A DNA stretch of 64,000 bases from the human T2T-CHM13v2.0 reference genome, Homo sapiens: NCBI RefSeq assembly GCF_009914755.1, contig NC_060926.1; one strand, given 5' to 3'. Shown one piece after another: positions 37,601 through 51,722 of the stretch (its first letter is position 1; each line of letters begins with the position of its first letter). Both the position numbers and the translations under genes were made by a program. The notes beneath the pieces were generated by a model that had not been told where the DNA came from, made no database searches, and was given only the letters and a program-made list of their open reading frames with translations.

Positions 37601-40600
37601 TCAAATTCATACCAACCATACTCTCAAACTATAGCACAATAAAAATAGAAATTAATACCAAGAATATCTCTCAAAACCATAGAATTACATATAAATTAAA
37701 TAATCTGCTCTTGAATGACTTTTGAGTAAACAACGAAATTAAGGCAGAAATCAAGAAATTCTTTGAAACTAATGAAAACAAAGATATACCAGATTTGCTG
37801 GAACACAGATAAGTCAGTGTTAAGAAGGAAATTTATTACACTGGATGCCAAATCAAAAAGTTAGATCTCAATTTAACTCATGTCATGACTAAAAGAACTA
37901 GAGAAATAAGAGCAAACCAACTTAAAGCTAGCAGGAGACAAAAAATAATGAAAATCAGAGCTGAACTGAATGAAATTTAGATGCAAAAAACTATACAAAA
38001 GATCGATAAAGCCAAAAGTTGACTCTTTGAAAGAATAAATAAGATTGATAGACCACTAGCTAGACCAATAAAGAAAAAAGAAGATCCTAATAAACATAAT
38101 CAGAAATGACAGGGGGACATTACCACCAACCCCACAGAAATACAAAAAAAACCCCAGAGACAATTACAAACACCTGTATGCACGCAAACTAGAAAACTTA
38201 GAAGATATGTATGAATTTTTGGAAATACACAATCTCCCAAGATTAAACCCAGAAGAAATAGAAACCCCAAACAGACCAATAATGGGTTCTGAGATTGAAT
38301 CAGTAATTTAGAAAACCTACCACCAACAACCAAAAAAGCCCTGGAACAGAGAGATTCACAGCCAAATTCTACCAGACATATAAAGAACTGGTACCAATCC
38401 TACTGTAACAGTTCCAAAAAATCAAGGAGAAGGGACTCCTCTCTAACTCATCCTGATACCAAAACCTAGCAGAGACACAACAAAAAAAGACGACTTCAGG
38501 CCAATATCCCTGATGAATGTAGAAGCAAAAATCCTCAATACCATCAAACCAAATACAGCAGCACATCAAAAAGCTAACCACCATGATTAAGTAGGTTTTA
38601 TTTCTGAGATTCAAGGTTGATTCAACATATGCAAATCAGTAAATGTAATTCATCACATAAACAGAACTAAAAATAAAAACCACACGATCATCTCAATAGA
38701 CACAGAAAAAGTTTTCAATAAAATAAACATTTCTTCATGTTAAAACCTCAACAAATGAGGCATTGAAGGAGCACACCTCAAAACAGTAAGAGCCATCTAT
38801 GACAAACCCACAGCCAACATCACACTGAATGGGAAAAAACTGGAAGAACCCCTTGAGAACTAGAACAACACAAGGATCACCACTACTACTAAACATAGTT
38901 CTGAAAGCCCTAGTCAGAGCAATCAGGCAAAAGTAAGAAAGAAAAGGCACGCAAATAGGAAGAGAGGAAGTCAAACTATCTCTCTGTGCAGATGATATTA
39001 TTCTACACCTAGAAAACTCCAGAGTCTCTGCTCAAGAGCTCCTAGGTCTGATAAGCAACTTCAGAGTTTCGGGACGCAAAATCAACATACAAAAATCACC
39101 AGCATTCCTATACACCAATAACATCCAGGCTGAAAGCCAAATCAAGAATGCAATCCCGTTTATGACAGCCACAAAAAGAATAAAATACCTAGGAATACAG
39201 GTAACTAGGGAGGTGAAAGATCCTTACAATAAGAATTATAAAACACTGCTGAAAGAATTCAGAGGTGACACAAACAAATGGAAAAACATTCCATGCTCAT
39301 GCATAGGAAGCATCAATACTGTTAAAATGGCCATACTGCCCACAGCAATTTACAGACTCAATGCTATTCCTATCAAACTACAAACAACATTTTTCACAGA
39401 ATTAGAAAAAACTATTCTAAAATTCAACTGGAACCAAGAAAAATCCCCAATAGCCAAAGCAATCAGAAGCAAAAAGAACAAAGCTAGAGGCATCATACTA
39501 CCTGTCTTCAAACTATACTACAAATGTACAGTTACCCAAACAGCATGGTACTGGTACTAAAACAGACATATAGACAAACGAAACAAGTTATAGAACCCAG
39601 AAATAAACCTGTACTCCTACAACCAACTTATCTTCAACTAAGTAAACAATAGCAAGCAACAGGGGAAAAACTTCCTATTCAATAAATGGTGCTGGGATAA
39701 CTAGCTAGACATAGGCAAAAGATTGAAACTAAACACCTTGCTTTCACTGCATACAAAAATCAACTCAAGATGGATTAAAGACTTAAATATAAAACCTAAA
39801 ACTATAAAGATCCTAGAAAAAAAGCTAGGAAATACCATTCTGGACATCAGCCCTGGCAAAAATTTTGTGAAGACTCCAAAAGGAATTGCAACAAAAACAA
39901 AAATTAGCAAGTGGGGCCTAATTAGACTAAAGAGCTTTTGCACAACAAAATAAACTATCAACAGAGTAAACAGACAATCTACTGAATGAGAGACAATATT
40001 TGTGAACTATACATCCAATGAAGAACTAATATCGAGAATCTATAGGGAACTTAAAAAAATCAACAAGAAACAAACAACCCTGTTAAAAAATGGGCAGAGG
40101 ACATGAACAGACACTTTCCTAAAGAAAACATACACAAGGCCAACAAGCATATGAAAAAATGCTAAATGTCACTAATTATCAGAGAAATACAAACCAAAAC
40201 CATAATGACATACCATCTCAAACCAGTTAGAATTGCTATTATTGAAAAGTCAAAAAATAATAGATACTAGTGAGGTTGCAGAGAAAAAGGAATGCTTATA
40301 CACTGTTGGTGGGAATTTAAGTTAGTTCAGCCACTGTGGAAAGTAGTTTGGAGATTTCTCAAAGAATTGAAAGTAGAACTACCATTTGACTCAGCAATCC
40401 CAGAAATGCATACATACCCAAAGGAATATAAAGCATTATACCATAGAGACATGTGTGCATATGTTCATCACAGCACTATTCACAATAGCAAAGACATGGA
40501 CTCAATCTTGATGCCCACCAATGGTGGACCAGATACAGAAAATACGGTACATATACACTGTTGAATACAATGCAGCCACAAAAAAGACAAAATTATATAC

Positions 40601-40922
40601 TTTGCAGCAATATGAATGGAGCTGGAGGCCATTATCCTAAGTGAATTAATGCAGGAACAGAAAACCAAATACTACATGTTCTCACAAGTGGGAGATAAAC
40701 ATTGAGTACACATGGACACAAAGAAGGGAACAACAGACACCAAGGGCTACTTGAGGATGGAGGGGTGGGAGGAGGGTGAGGATTGAAAAAACTACCTGTT
40801 GGGTACTATGCTTACTACCTGGGTGATAAAATAATTTGTACACCAAACCCCAATAACACACAATTTACCCATGTAACAAACCTGCACCTGTACCTGCTGA
40901 ACCTAAAATAAAACTTGAAAAA
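34660..40922 (+). mobile_element. L1-C: near full-length older primate L1 (L1PA13-16-like), heavily mutated
   Basis: 5'UTR gagccaagatggctgactagatgcagcc; ORF1 remnant 36543; ORF2 remnants 39162, 39723, 40292; 3' end ctgaacctaaaataaaa; no convincing TSD. Confidence 0.9.
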
Positions 40923-42627
40923 AACACAGTTGCCTATTGATGGTTTACAGCTGACTTTTTGCCCAGAAATTGCATTCAGGTGAAGAGTGTTTTCCACCCA
41001 AGCTTGTACCCCTGCTTGGAGATCAACTTGCATATAATGACTAGATGCTACGAATGTACAAGTCTTGTCCCCATGTCTCCATTTGGGACAACTTTCAGCA
41101 CACAATTCTCCATCTCAGATCAGTTTTCTAGGAAATCTGATCGAAAAAAGTTGATGCCACTAGTTGTAAGCAAATTCTGAAATAGAATTTTGATGGTGGA
41201 TCATCCACCTGAAGACTGTCGTGAAAATCCCATTACTAATTATAGATGAAGTATGGATGTGTTTTGGTATGCTGAAACAACGCCATTGTTAGAAAGTTTC
41301 CTGATTGTGAACTGCAATGTAATACTCTTGGGAAAAAATGCACTAAGAAGTGGGCAGGGGTACAGTAAGATGGTCATTTGAGAGGTTGGAGGGAAGTAGT
41401 AATTATAAGGATAATAGCATTTGATGGATATTGCTCAGGGCATTAATTTATTGGGGAAAGAGAATGAATGGTTGAGTGTGATTAATCACTAATTTAAAAG
41501 ACAGGCCTACTTGGAAGCACATAAAGCGATTTTTATTTATTGAAGCCGGAAGTAAAAAATGCTGAAGAACAGTTACATAAATGAATTATAAGTATAGTAG
41601 AGTTCCAGAGGTGACGAACAGCTCAACTTAGGCAAGACTTGAGTGTCATCCAAACTCATGGAACTACTGTCAAGAAATGGAACCCTGAGACATAGAATAC
41701 AACATTCAGGTCTATACACTGAAGTATCTTGGAATCCCAAATTTCCCTAAACCCTCTGGGCCTGCAGAAGTGAGTCCTCCTTTGAAATACTAGTGCTCTT
41801 AATTGCTTAAAGACAATACAAAAGCCTGTCTTGTGCAACACAAGAGGTATTGCTTCCTCTTCCCTCCCATTATTTTCCATCTCCTCTCCTGAGAGACTAA
41901 TAACTAGGATGAGTCACAACACAGCCCCCCCTGAGAAAGCAGTGAGTCTGCTAAGAGAGGAAGGGGATGATATGCTGAGGGGACTGCACATCTAGCCAAT
42001 ATGTACCAGCAAGAATTAGAAGAGTATATACAGTAACTATTGCATCATGAAGATGCTGGATCAAGGGAGACAGGATATAAAGTTTCACAAGAGTATTGAT
42101 ATAGCAGCACTGCCTCATGATACAGGAGTTGGCATCTTGGCAAAAATCCTGGGAGACAGTGCTAATATTATAGGTTGGCTCTTGGAAGCTTTAAAAAAAG
42201 TGATGTTATATATTAAGTAATGTAGAAGTGCTTGACAAATTATGAGAAGGGATCACAAGGTGTAGAGAAATAGGAATGCTAGAGTGGATATACTTTTTCA
42301 GGTTATGAAGTTACCAACTGACTGCTGGGTAGGAGGACCTGGAGGACACTTGTTTACTACAAGAGGCACTGGCATCATTGAGGAGTTCAGTGGTTGCTGC
42401 TTTATGTTGACCAGGGCCAGCCAATCGTAGAAGATGATGTTACAGAACTGGGGTCCTTGATATTAACAGGGAAGACAGGATCAGGAAGTAATAAAGACAA
42501 ATAAGTTACATTCCGCATTCAGAAACAAGGTGGCATACTTCTTGTAATGAGAGAGCTATGGAGATGAATATGGCACCCCCAGTGGTAAGATAGCAGTTGA
42601 TAAGAATACTGCTCAAATCTATACCTT

Positions 42628-42818
42628 CATTATCAAATACAGTAGCCACTAGCCACATGTGGATATTCACATTTAAATTTTAATTAGTTAAACTTGAATA
42701 GAATTTAAAAACTAGTTTCACTAACCACACTTCAAGTGCTCAATAATCACGTGTGGTTAGTGGCCCATACTGGACAGTACAGATACAGAACATTTATATC
42801 TCTACAAGAAGTTCTAAA
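42628..42818 (+). mobile_element. MER3/MER33-like hAT element inside the ERVL
   Basis: aatacagtagccactagccacatgtgg...ttcaagtgctcaataatcacgtgtggttagtggc...gaagttcta. Confidence 0.75.
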
Positions 42819-43059
42819 AAACAAATTTGGATGATCAGGAGGTTAAGTCAGCTGTTCTAATTTTTAAAATTACAATTCCTTTCCTGAAATGAGCCAGTTT
42901 TAGGTCCAGAATCTATTGGCTAAAGGATGGACTATGTCTCTAAAAGGAAGGACAGAGCAACATCAAAACAAGGTATAACATAATGATTTCCCTAGTCCTT
43001 CCTTGAAGGAACATTGTAACCATTACTCAGATAACTAAACATTAAGAAAAAAAATAATT

Positions 43060-43345
43060 AGCTGGGCACGGTGGCTCATGACTATAATCCTAGCACTTTG
43101 AGGGGCCGAGGTGAGAGGGTCACTTGAGGTCAGGAATTCAAGATCAGCCTGGGCAACACAGGGAGACCCTGTCTCTACAGATTTTTTTTTTTTTTAATTA
43201 GCTGAGCAAGGTGGTGCATGCATGTAGTCCCAGCTACTCAGGAGGCTGAGGTGGGGGATCGATTGAGTTTGAGGTTACAGTAAGCTACCACTGCACCATT
43301 GCACTCCAGCCTGAGCAACAGAGAAAGACCCTGTCTCTAAAAATA
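43060..43345 (+). mobile_element. AluJ
   Basis: Diverged dimer; gagtttgaggttacagtaagc and agaccctgtctct are J-type features. Confidence 0.9.
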
Positions 43346-45649
43346 GAAATAATTACACATTTCTGATATTTTGAGGGTTATGAGAAAGAGTCTAAGTTAA
43401 AAATGAAATCTAGGACTCAAAGCATCTTATATAGTCTTGCTAGAGTGTGAGCATTTGAGGGTGAGGCATAAATAAATGGCTTGATCCAGGTCTGGCTCAC
43501 AGTGGATCTCCTGGATCTATGGGCCTCACCCTCCAACTTTATACTTGAAATGAAGATATTTTACAGAACTCCCCCATCAGTTGACTGACTCACCACCTTG
43601 GTTCCTTGGCCTGTTGAGAAGGAGCTTTATTATGTAGGAGGCCAAGTAGAAACTACTGAAACTTCCCTCAGACAAGATACTAAATTAAAAAACAATATCG
43701 TATCACATGGGTAATGGCAGAGATCAGTACCACCTTAAAGACCTATGGGATTTGGGGGCATAAAATGGTGCCCATTATTCCACCATTTAATTTACCTATA
43801 TGCTCCCTACCCAAATCAGATAGATCCTGGAGGATGACAATGGACTAAATAAGCTTAATAATAGCCTCAATTTCAGCTGATGTACCAAATGAAGGATATT
43901 TTCTAAAGACTGAGACTCAGGTACATTGTATGAGGCCATTGATATGGCAAATGCATTTTTTTCCCATTCCTATCAGAAAGAGGACCAGAAAAAGCTGGCA
44001 TTCATATGGGGTGGACAAAGTGTTCCTTATGGTATTACTATGGGGCCCTACTAACTCTCCTGACATCTGTCATATGATAGTACCAAAGTATCTGGACCAT
44101 ATGGACTTTTTGCAGAAAATCACACCAGTCTACCATATGGATAATATCATGTTAATCAGACCAGATGGGCAAGAAATGGAAAGTATATTGGAAACCTTGG
44201 TAAGTCCCATGTACTGCAGAGGATTGGCTATAAACGTCATAGGGATATAAATGACTACCACATCAATGACAATTTTAGAGTTCCTGTAGCTTGTGCCATA
44301 CTGTAGCATTCTTTCCAAAGCAGAGAACAAATTATGTCATCTTGATCCTACCACCACTGAAAAAGAAAGCATAGTACCTATTAGAATTTTTAGATTTTCT
44401 GAATACAGCATATATCATGCTTTGGAATGCTCCTCCAACTCAACTACCAAGCGACTTCAAAGACCAGCAGCTTTCAGTGGGCCTCACAGCAAAAAGATTT
44501 CTGGAGTAGTGCAAAAAAATTATATGTACTAGAGTTATCTGTAATAGTAAAAAAAATTCATGAGGAGCTTATGGCAAGACCCCAAATGAGAATTACAACC
44601 TAGACTCTTAATGTGTCTGAAGCAAAGCTATGCCATCTATAATGGGTAATTTGATTCCATTAGAAAAATAGGTCCTGGCATGCTATTGAGGTCTAGTAGA
44701 GATAGAAAACCTAATCATGAGACATCAAGTGACTACAAAACTAGAATGACCATCCTGAGCTGTGTTCTGTGAGAACCTCAAACTCATCAGATTAAGCAGA
44801 TCCAACAGTAATCCATTGTATTCTTACAATACGGTTGGCCACAAGTAGGGTCAGAGGACACATGTTAGCTGCACAGCAAAAAGTGGCACAGATTGTAATG
44901 TCACATCATCACACTCTCTGCTCATACCTGTAGCTTTTTTGAGAATTCCTTATGACCAACTGACAGAGGAGGAAAAATGCCAAGCATGGTTCACAAATAG
45001 GTCAGTTTGCTGTATAGATGCAGGTCACAAATCGACAACAGCTCAACTATAGCCCCATTCAAAGTGCACCAAAGACAGCAGTGAGGGAAAATCTTACCAA
45101 TGGGCAAAGCTTGGGTGTTTAACTTCATCATTCATTTTGTGAGGAAGGAGATGTAGCCCAAGGTAGGAATATATATGAAATCATGGGTTGTGGTGAATGG
45201 CTTGTTTGGTTGGTCAGTTTCTTGAAATGAGAAATATTACAAGACTGGGGAAAAGGAAGTCTGGGGAAGAGGCATGTGGATAGACTTTTAGGATTGGTCA
45301 CAAAATGTGAAGATCTTTGTATCAAATGCATGCACTCCAACTTACCTTGCTCACTCTAGCTACTGCCACTGGAGAATGTCCAACTTGTATTGACAGAAAC
45401 CAACACTGAGCCCCTGACATGACACTATTCCTTGAGAAGATCAGCCACTTAGTAGCAAGTTGATATTCCCAGGTTTGCCTTTCCTGTCTGCCTTCCTCAG
45501 CCAGCACCAATATCTGAAGGTTTACAAGTGTTATTCCCTATTATATAAAATATATGGATCCAAGCTATGCAAGGGGTAGACAACAGAGAGTGCTGAAGTG
45601 TGTGTATCCCAATAAATCTCTTACACGGAAATCTCCATTTCAGAGTCAA

Positions 45650-47165
45650 ATGACCGAATAAAATCAACAAAAATTAATGTAAGATGATTATATATCTAAA
45701 TGTAAAAACTAAAACCATAAGTTTCTAGGGGGAAAAAAAACAAAAGAAAATGTCATTTCTCTGTGATTGTGGGGTAGGTAAATATGTATTAGGACACAAT
45801 GGCACTAACTGTAAAGGCAAACAGAATTTGATAAACTGGATTAAATGAAAATTAAATACCTCTGCTCATTAAAAGATTCACTGTGACAATGACAAAGCAA
45901 GCCAAAGACTGGAAGACTATCATTGGAACACAGGTATCTACCAAAGGGCTTATATCCAAAATATATAAATCTAGACTACATAAAGAACTCTTAACAAGTC
46001 AATAATAAACAGAAAAACATATTATTAATAAAACAGGAAAAAGTCTTAAAGGTACATTTTCCAAAAGAAAATATACAAATGGCATCTGAAAAGGTGCTCA
46101 GTATCTTTTATATCAGAGAAATATAAATTAAAACCACAATGAGCTATTACTTTGCTCTAAAATTAAAAAGACTAGCAAACATGTGGAGCAGTAGGAACTC
46201 ATACACCACTGATGAGAATGTAAAATGGTACAACCATATTGAAAAACCGGCAGTTTATCTGAATAAACCTTCATATACTAGGAATTCCACTCCTAAGTAT
46301 TTACTTATAAGAAATGAAAACATATGCATCCACAAAAAAGCTTTACTTGTAAGAGCCAAACCTGTACACATCTCATGTACATGTTGCTATAATCTGAATG
46401 TTTGTGTCCCTCCAAAATTTATGTTGAAACCTAACCCCCATTGTGGCGGTATCAAGATGTGGGGGCCTTAAGAAGGTCACTAGGTCATGATGGTGCTGCC
46501 CTCATGAATGGGATTAGTAACAGTATCAGAAAGGCTTAAGGAAGCGTTCTGCCTACTTCTGCCATGTGAGGACTCAGTGAGAAAGTACCGTCTTTGAAGC
46601 AGAGAGCACTTATCACCAGACACCAAATCTGCGGGTGCCTTGATCTTGGACACCTCAGCTTCCAAAACTGTAACCAATAAATTTTTGTTGTTTATTAATT
46701 ACCCAGCCCGTGGTATTTTGTTATAGCAGCTTGAACAGACTAAGACATACGCCAACATGAGAAAGGATAAACAAGCTGTAATATATTCATACAATAGAAC
46801 ACTTCTCTGCAATAAAAACGAAAGGATAAATTTCTGATACACAGGATGAATCTCAAAATTATGATGAACAAAAGAAGCCAGACAGAAAAGAAAATGTATA
46901 TAGCTTTGCTTATATGAAGTTCTAGAAAAGTCAAAATTAATGTATGGTGGTAAAAATGAAAACTCTGATTTCCTTTGAATAGTGTTGATTGACAGGAAGA
47001 GAGTATGAGAACACATTTTGTGGTAATAAAAATGTTCTATATATAGATTGCAGTGATATTTACATAGATATAAACACTTGTCAAAACTTATTGAATCATA
47101 TACTTAAAATTTGTGCATTTTACTCACTGTATATAAATTATTTCTCAATTTTAACAAATTAAAAA
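45650..47165 (+). mobile_element. L1M (L1MC/MD-like) ORF2 3' end and 3'UTR
   Basis: aaatgtaaaaactaaaaccataag; gaatgtaaaatggtacaacc; 3'UTR aaaatgttctatat...cttaaaatttgtgcatttt. Confidence 0.8.
46385..46747 (+). mobile_element. MaLR LTR (MLT1A-like)
   Basis: tgctataatctgaatgtttgtgtccc...gtattttgttatagcagcttgaacagactaagaca. Confidence 0.85.
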
Positions 47166-50100
47166 ATTTTAGAATCCAAAATAAATAACCAAACTTTTTG
47201 GGGGTTTTTCACACATTATGTGCAACACATTGCTCTAGATGTTGGGTATGACATTGGTAAGAAAAAAATATAGATGCATGGAGACTGCATTTATGTAGTC
47301 TGCAATTTAAAATAATAGGGGTAATTTTGTATAAAAGTTAACAATTAGGAAAATCTTGTGGTAGAAATAAGTAAACATCACACTTTAATATTAGCACAAC
47401 TCTCCTAAGAATATTCTTAATGCTACTTTAAAAAGTTAATTGAGCCATATATAATTATAGACTTCAGTTCTCCATGTCTCTTTGATATGTTTTGGCTTGA
47501 TACCCCAAAGTAGTTTGGTATATAAGGAATTCTACAACAGTAGCCAGTAACTCTTTATAAATCGTAATTTGTGGATTGTTAAAAACATCTTTATGTTCTC
47601 CAAGTATTATACTAATCACTTTTTCACATTGCACTGACACCCATAAATTCTCAATTGCCCTGATTAATAATAGGTATAGCAGTGTAGTTTTTAAATGATA
47701 AGGGCTAGTTCAAAACTTGGTTCTGTATGTTTGTGCAATATATTATGTGACTATTTCAGGAATAAGAGAGCAAATCCTTCCTCACAATGTTATGTTTTAA
47801 AGATTATTATTAAAATTCACTGACATTTCTTGAATCTAGGGTAAGAGGGATGACCCAAAAATGCCCTGGAAAATGACATCCAAAGTTTGATGTGACATCA
47901 AATCTAAATGCTTAGATAATTAGCGGTTGACTATATTATCACCTTGATAGGTGGAAGGCAAATGTCCTGACTGGTCACTTAGGCCACATTGTTGCAACAA
48001 ATTTTCCATGCTTTGAAGTTTCTATAACTCATTATTAAACAGTTTACGAACATTATCAGTTAAATTTCATGCTTTGAAACAGTACTCTTAGAAATAGCAG
48101 AAAGATTATGCTAAAATGTAACTGGCACACCTGAACTGCAGTGCCATTTATGTAATGGCAAAGCGTTGCTTTTAAGAATGAGGAGAGACCTAGAAAAGGT
48201 CAAATGATAGAGGTCTGTTCATAATTGGAGTGGTTTTTCTGTAAGATAACTAAAAACCCAATGATACATATAAATTTTTTTAAATAACATTTTTCATTAT
48301 ATATGTACTAGCAGATAAGGGTCAAGGAAAGTAGAAAGAGGTATTTTCCTACCTTCCATTAGATTTGTAGACTAGCTAGATAAATGTAAGGGGAAGTATA
48401 GCAGGGATGATCCAATTATGATTACCATAAGAAAGTGGTATTAGATGATTTCCTTGTAAGTGGAATTAAATTTATGACGCAAACATGTAAAAAATGTAGT
48501 TTATAATACATAATGTTATTCTTTCACCCACCATCAGCTGGCTTAATAGAGAAGCCATGACTACTGAGTGAATACAAATAGGATCAACCAAGATATCAAC
48601 ATTTTAAAAAGTTAACATCTTGTTAGCATGAAGTTCATGTTGGCCTTTTTATGACGTGCACAAAAATATCATCCTAATATACTTCACATATTTAACATAG
48701 TGGTATTTTTCTAAGTCAAGCTTTGGTGAAAACATCACTTTGAAAATTGATGAAGAAGAAGGAATCTTGGGCATGACAGCTTGAGGAGCTCAGTGAATCT
48801 ACTCTCTAGAGAAAGTGGAGGAAATTGGACATTAAAACCGCAACCATTTAAATGGTTCCAAGGACTTACAGCAAATGAAGCATTTATTTAAGAAAATCTA
48901 TTATAATTCAGCAAGAACAGCATGAATCTGTGATATCTGAAACAAGACCCAATCCCTATCTTTTACCTTCTAACTTAGCAAGATGGAAACTCAAAACAGG
49001 ACAGGTGCACTCAAGAATACAATGCTTTCTCTCTCCTCAGCTCTCATTCAGAGGGCTTTCTCCCCAGAGGGGCAGGACATCAGCATTTCTCATTCTGCCG
49101 TAGCTGCATGCTGTCAAAGCTAGATTTAGGATAAATGTGGTGAAAGGTGGGGGCTCCCTTCTTCAACCCAGCACCCACTCATAAAATGGAGGCTCTTCCT
49201 TGGTCATGGTGCTGCTGAGAATACTGGAATCTGAGTTGCCCTGGCCCCAGCTCATAAAGTGGTGATTGTGTGCCAGGAGAGGCAAGCTGAAAATACCTGA
49301 GGTTGCTAGACACTCCCTACCCACACTGAGCTCTCAGCAGCTAAAGCAGGAGTGTCATTCATCGAGAAGCCTGCTGTTTTCCCCACATTCACTGCCACAG
49401 CTGAGTTTCAGAAATGTTTCCTTAAGGAAAAGTGGCCATAAAAAAGATAGTTCATAATTTGTTTCAGAAGGAACTCACTTTATCTTCAAGAGTTTGGAGA
49501 AGTTCAAGATTAAGGGCAGTCTCAAAAACAGTGAAGGTTGTGGTGAAAGTGAATTATGATATTGGTAGAATTATTAGACATATATAGGTTAATCATGGGC
49601 CAGCTAGTTTGTGCCTGAAAGAACTGGGGATAGCTAGAAGAAGCCTGCTGGAGTCAGAACAAATGTCAAACACTGACTTCAAGAATAATCTTTTTAAAGA
49701 ACCCCAAATTTGATTAATTTTTTAGTCATGGAGCAAATTGCTAAATCCCCAGGGAATTTTTTAAAAAATAATAGATCAATCACTGGAGCTTAAAATGTGT
49801 TTGGTGGTGGTTGGGAGGGGGCAAGGAGCTATGGAATGGGGGGCGGTCAGGGAAAGAGACAGTCAAAGAGAGTCCTGCCAAAACCACTGTCATCCAAGGA
49901 TGACTCCAGGCATACCCGAGGCTACAGCCCCTGCAACAGTAAAGGCTTTACACTTAGCGGGAGGATAAAGAGTTCACTAAAATAACCCAGTAAGTCACTA
50001 AACAAATTAAAAATCTAGTAACAATAACAAGTCCCAGAAGGACGTGACCAGTACCCAGAGCTACTATATTACCTAAAATGTCTAGTTTTTGACAAAATCT

Positions 50101-50289
50101 ATGACACATACACACAGAGAGAGGGAGAGGGAAAAAGAAAAATATAACCCATACATTAGAAAAACAAAAAAATGAAAAGCAACAGAAACTGTCCGTGGGA
50201 GTGACCCATGTCAGATTTAACAGACAAAGCCTTCAAAGCAATTATACATATGGTTTAAAAAAAAAAACAAACACTATTAAAGGAGTAAA

Positions 50290-51722
50290 GAAACAACCTG
50301 TGAATTGGTAGAAAATACTTGCAATGCATACATCTCATAAAGGGTTAATATCCAAAATACGTGGGAAACTTGAACAACTCAATAGCAAGAAAACAAATAG
50401 CCCAGTTAAAAGTGGGCAAAGGAGCTGAGTAGACATTTTGCAAAAGAGGGCATACAAATGGCCAACACGTATATGAAAAAGTGCTCAGCATCACCATTCA
50501 TCAGGAAAATGCAAATTAAAACAGCAACGGGATATCACCTCACACCTGTTAGAATGGCTATTATCAATAAGAAAAAAGTTACCAAGTGTTAACAAGAATA
50601 TGGAGAAAAAGAAACTCTTGCATAATCCTGATGAGACTGTAAATTAGTACAGTGTTTGTGGAAAATAGTATTGAGGTTCTTCAAAAAATTAAAAATAGAA
50701 CTGCCATGTGATCCAGCAATCCAACTTCTGGATATACATCTAAAGGAATTGTACTCAGTATGTAAAAGAGACGGCTGCACTCTTATGTTTATTGCAGCAC
50801 TCTTCACTATAGCCAAGATACAGAATCAACCTAAGTTTCTATCAACAGGTGAATGAATAATGAAAATGTGCTATATATATATACAATGACATATTCAGTT
50901 TTTAAAAAGGAATTTTTTTCATTTACAACAAATGGATGAACCTGGAGAACATTTTGTTGAGTGAAATAAGGCAGGCACAGAAAAGCAAAGCATCTAGTTT
51001 ATGATCTCACTTACATGTAGAATCTTTTAGATAATAGAAGCTGAAATCATAGAGACTAGAATGGCGGTTACCGGAGGCTGGAGAGGGAGGGGAGGATGGT
51101 CATATGTTGGTCAAAGAACTCAAAGTTTCAATAAAACAGGAGACAAATGTTTTTTGGATCTATCACACAACATGGTGATCATAATTAATAATAATGTATT
51201 GTTGCCTTAGTGTGTGCTGCTAAAACAAAATGTCTGAGACTGGTAGTTTAAAACAACAAATTTCTCTCTCACTGTTCTGGAGACTGGGAGTTCAAGATCA
51301 AGGTACTGACAAGTTCATCGTCTGCTGAAGTCCCGCTTCCAAGAAGGTGCCTTGCTGTGGCATTCTCTGGAGGGGTGGAACACTGTGTTCTCACATGGCA
51401 GAGGTGAAATGCTATGTAAAGTCTCCTTTACAAGGGCCTTAGTCCCACTTATGAGTCAGGAGCCCTTATGACCTACTTACCTCTTAAATTCTCCATCTCT
51501 TAGCACCATCACATTTGGCCATTAAATTTCAACACCTGAATTTTGAAAGGGACACATTCGAACCATAGCAATTATATATTTTAAAATTGCTAAGATAGTA
51601 AATTTTTAAAGTTCTCACCACCAAAAAAAAAAATGTTAAGTGATATGTTAATTAGCTTGATTTAATCATTCCACACATATATCAAAATATATATTCCATA
51701 AATATATGTAATTATTTTTTAA
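50290..51722 (+). mobile_element. L1MA-type 3' fragment
   Basis: ORF2 C-terminus (ORF 50656 [16 protein letters not shown]...[10 protein letters not shown]) and MA-type 3'UTR. Confidence 0.85.
51203..51570 (-). mobile_element. MaLR LTR (MST-type) inside the L1MA 3'UTR
   Basis: ccttagt...ctgagactgg...gttcaagatcaagg...ggacacattcgaaccatagca. Confidence 0.85.

Larger units (their letters stand above)
40935..45648 (+). mobile_element. Degraded ERVL-class provirus (ERV3-16A3/ERVL-E-like) with partial LTRs
   Basis: RT remnant in ORF 43930 (...GPTNSPDICHMIV...ITPVYHMDNIMLI resembles ERVL GYVNSPALCHN...HYIDDIMLI); PPT-like aggggtagac at ~45572; ctccat[c/t]tcaga motif near both ends (~41108, ~45634). 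Confidence 0.8.

Noticed and set aside
34640-40930. aaaacaaagt / aaaacacagt as the L1-C TSD
   Set aside because: The 5' copy is not adjacent to the L1 start and is low-complexity host L1M sequence.
43930-44532. ERVL pol as a domesticated gene
   Set aside because: Catalytic YIDD is degraded to HMDN and the frame is broken repeatedly.
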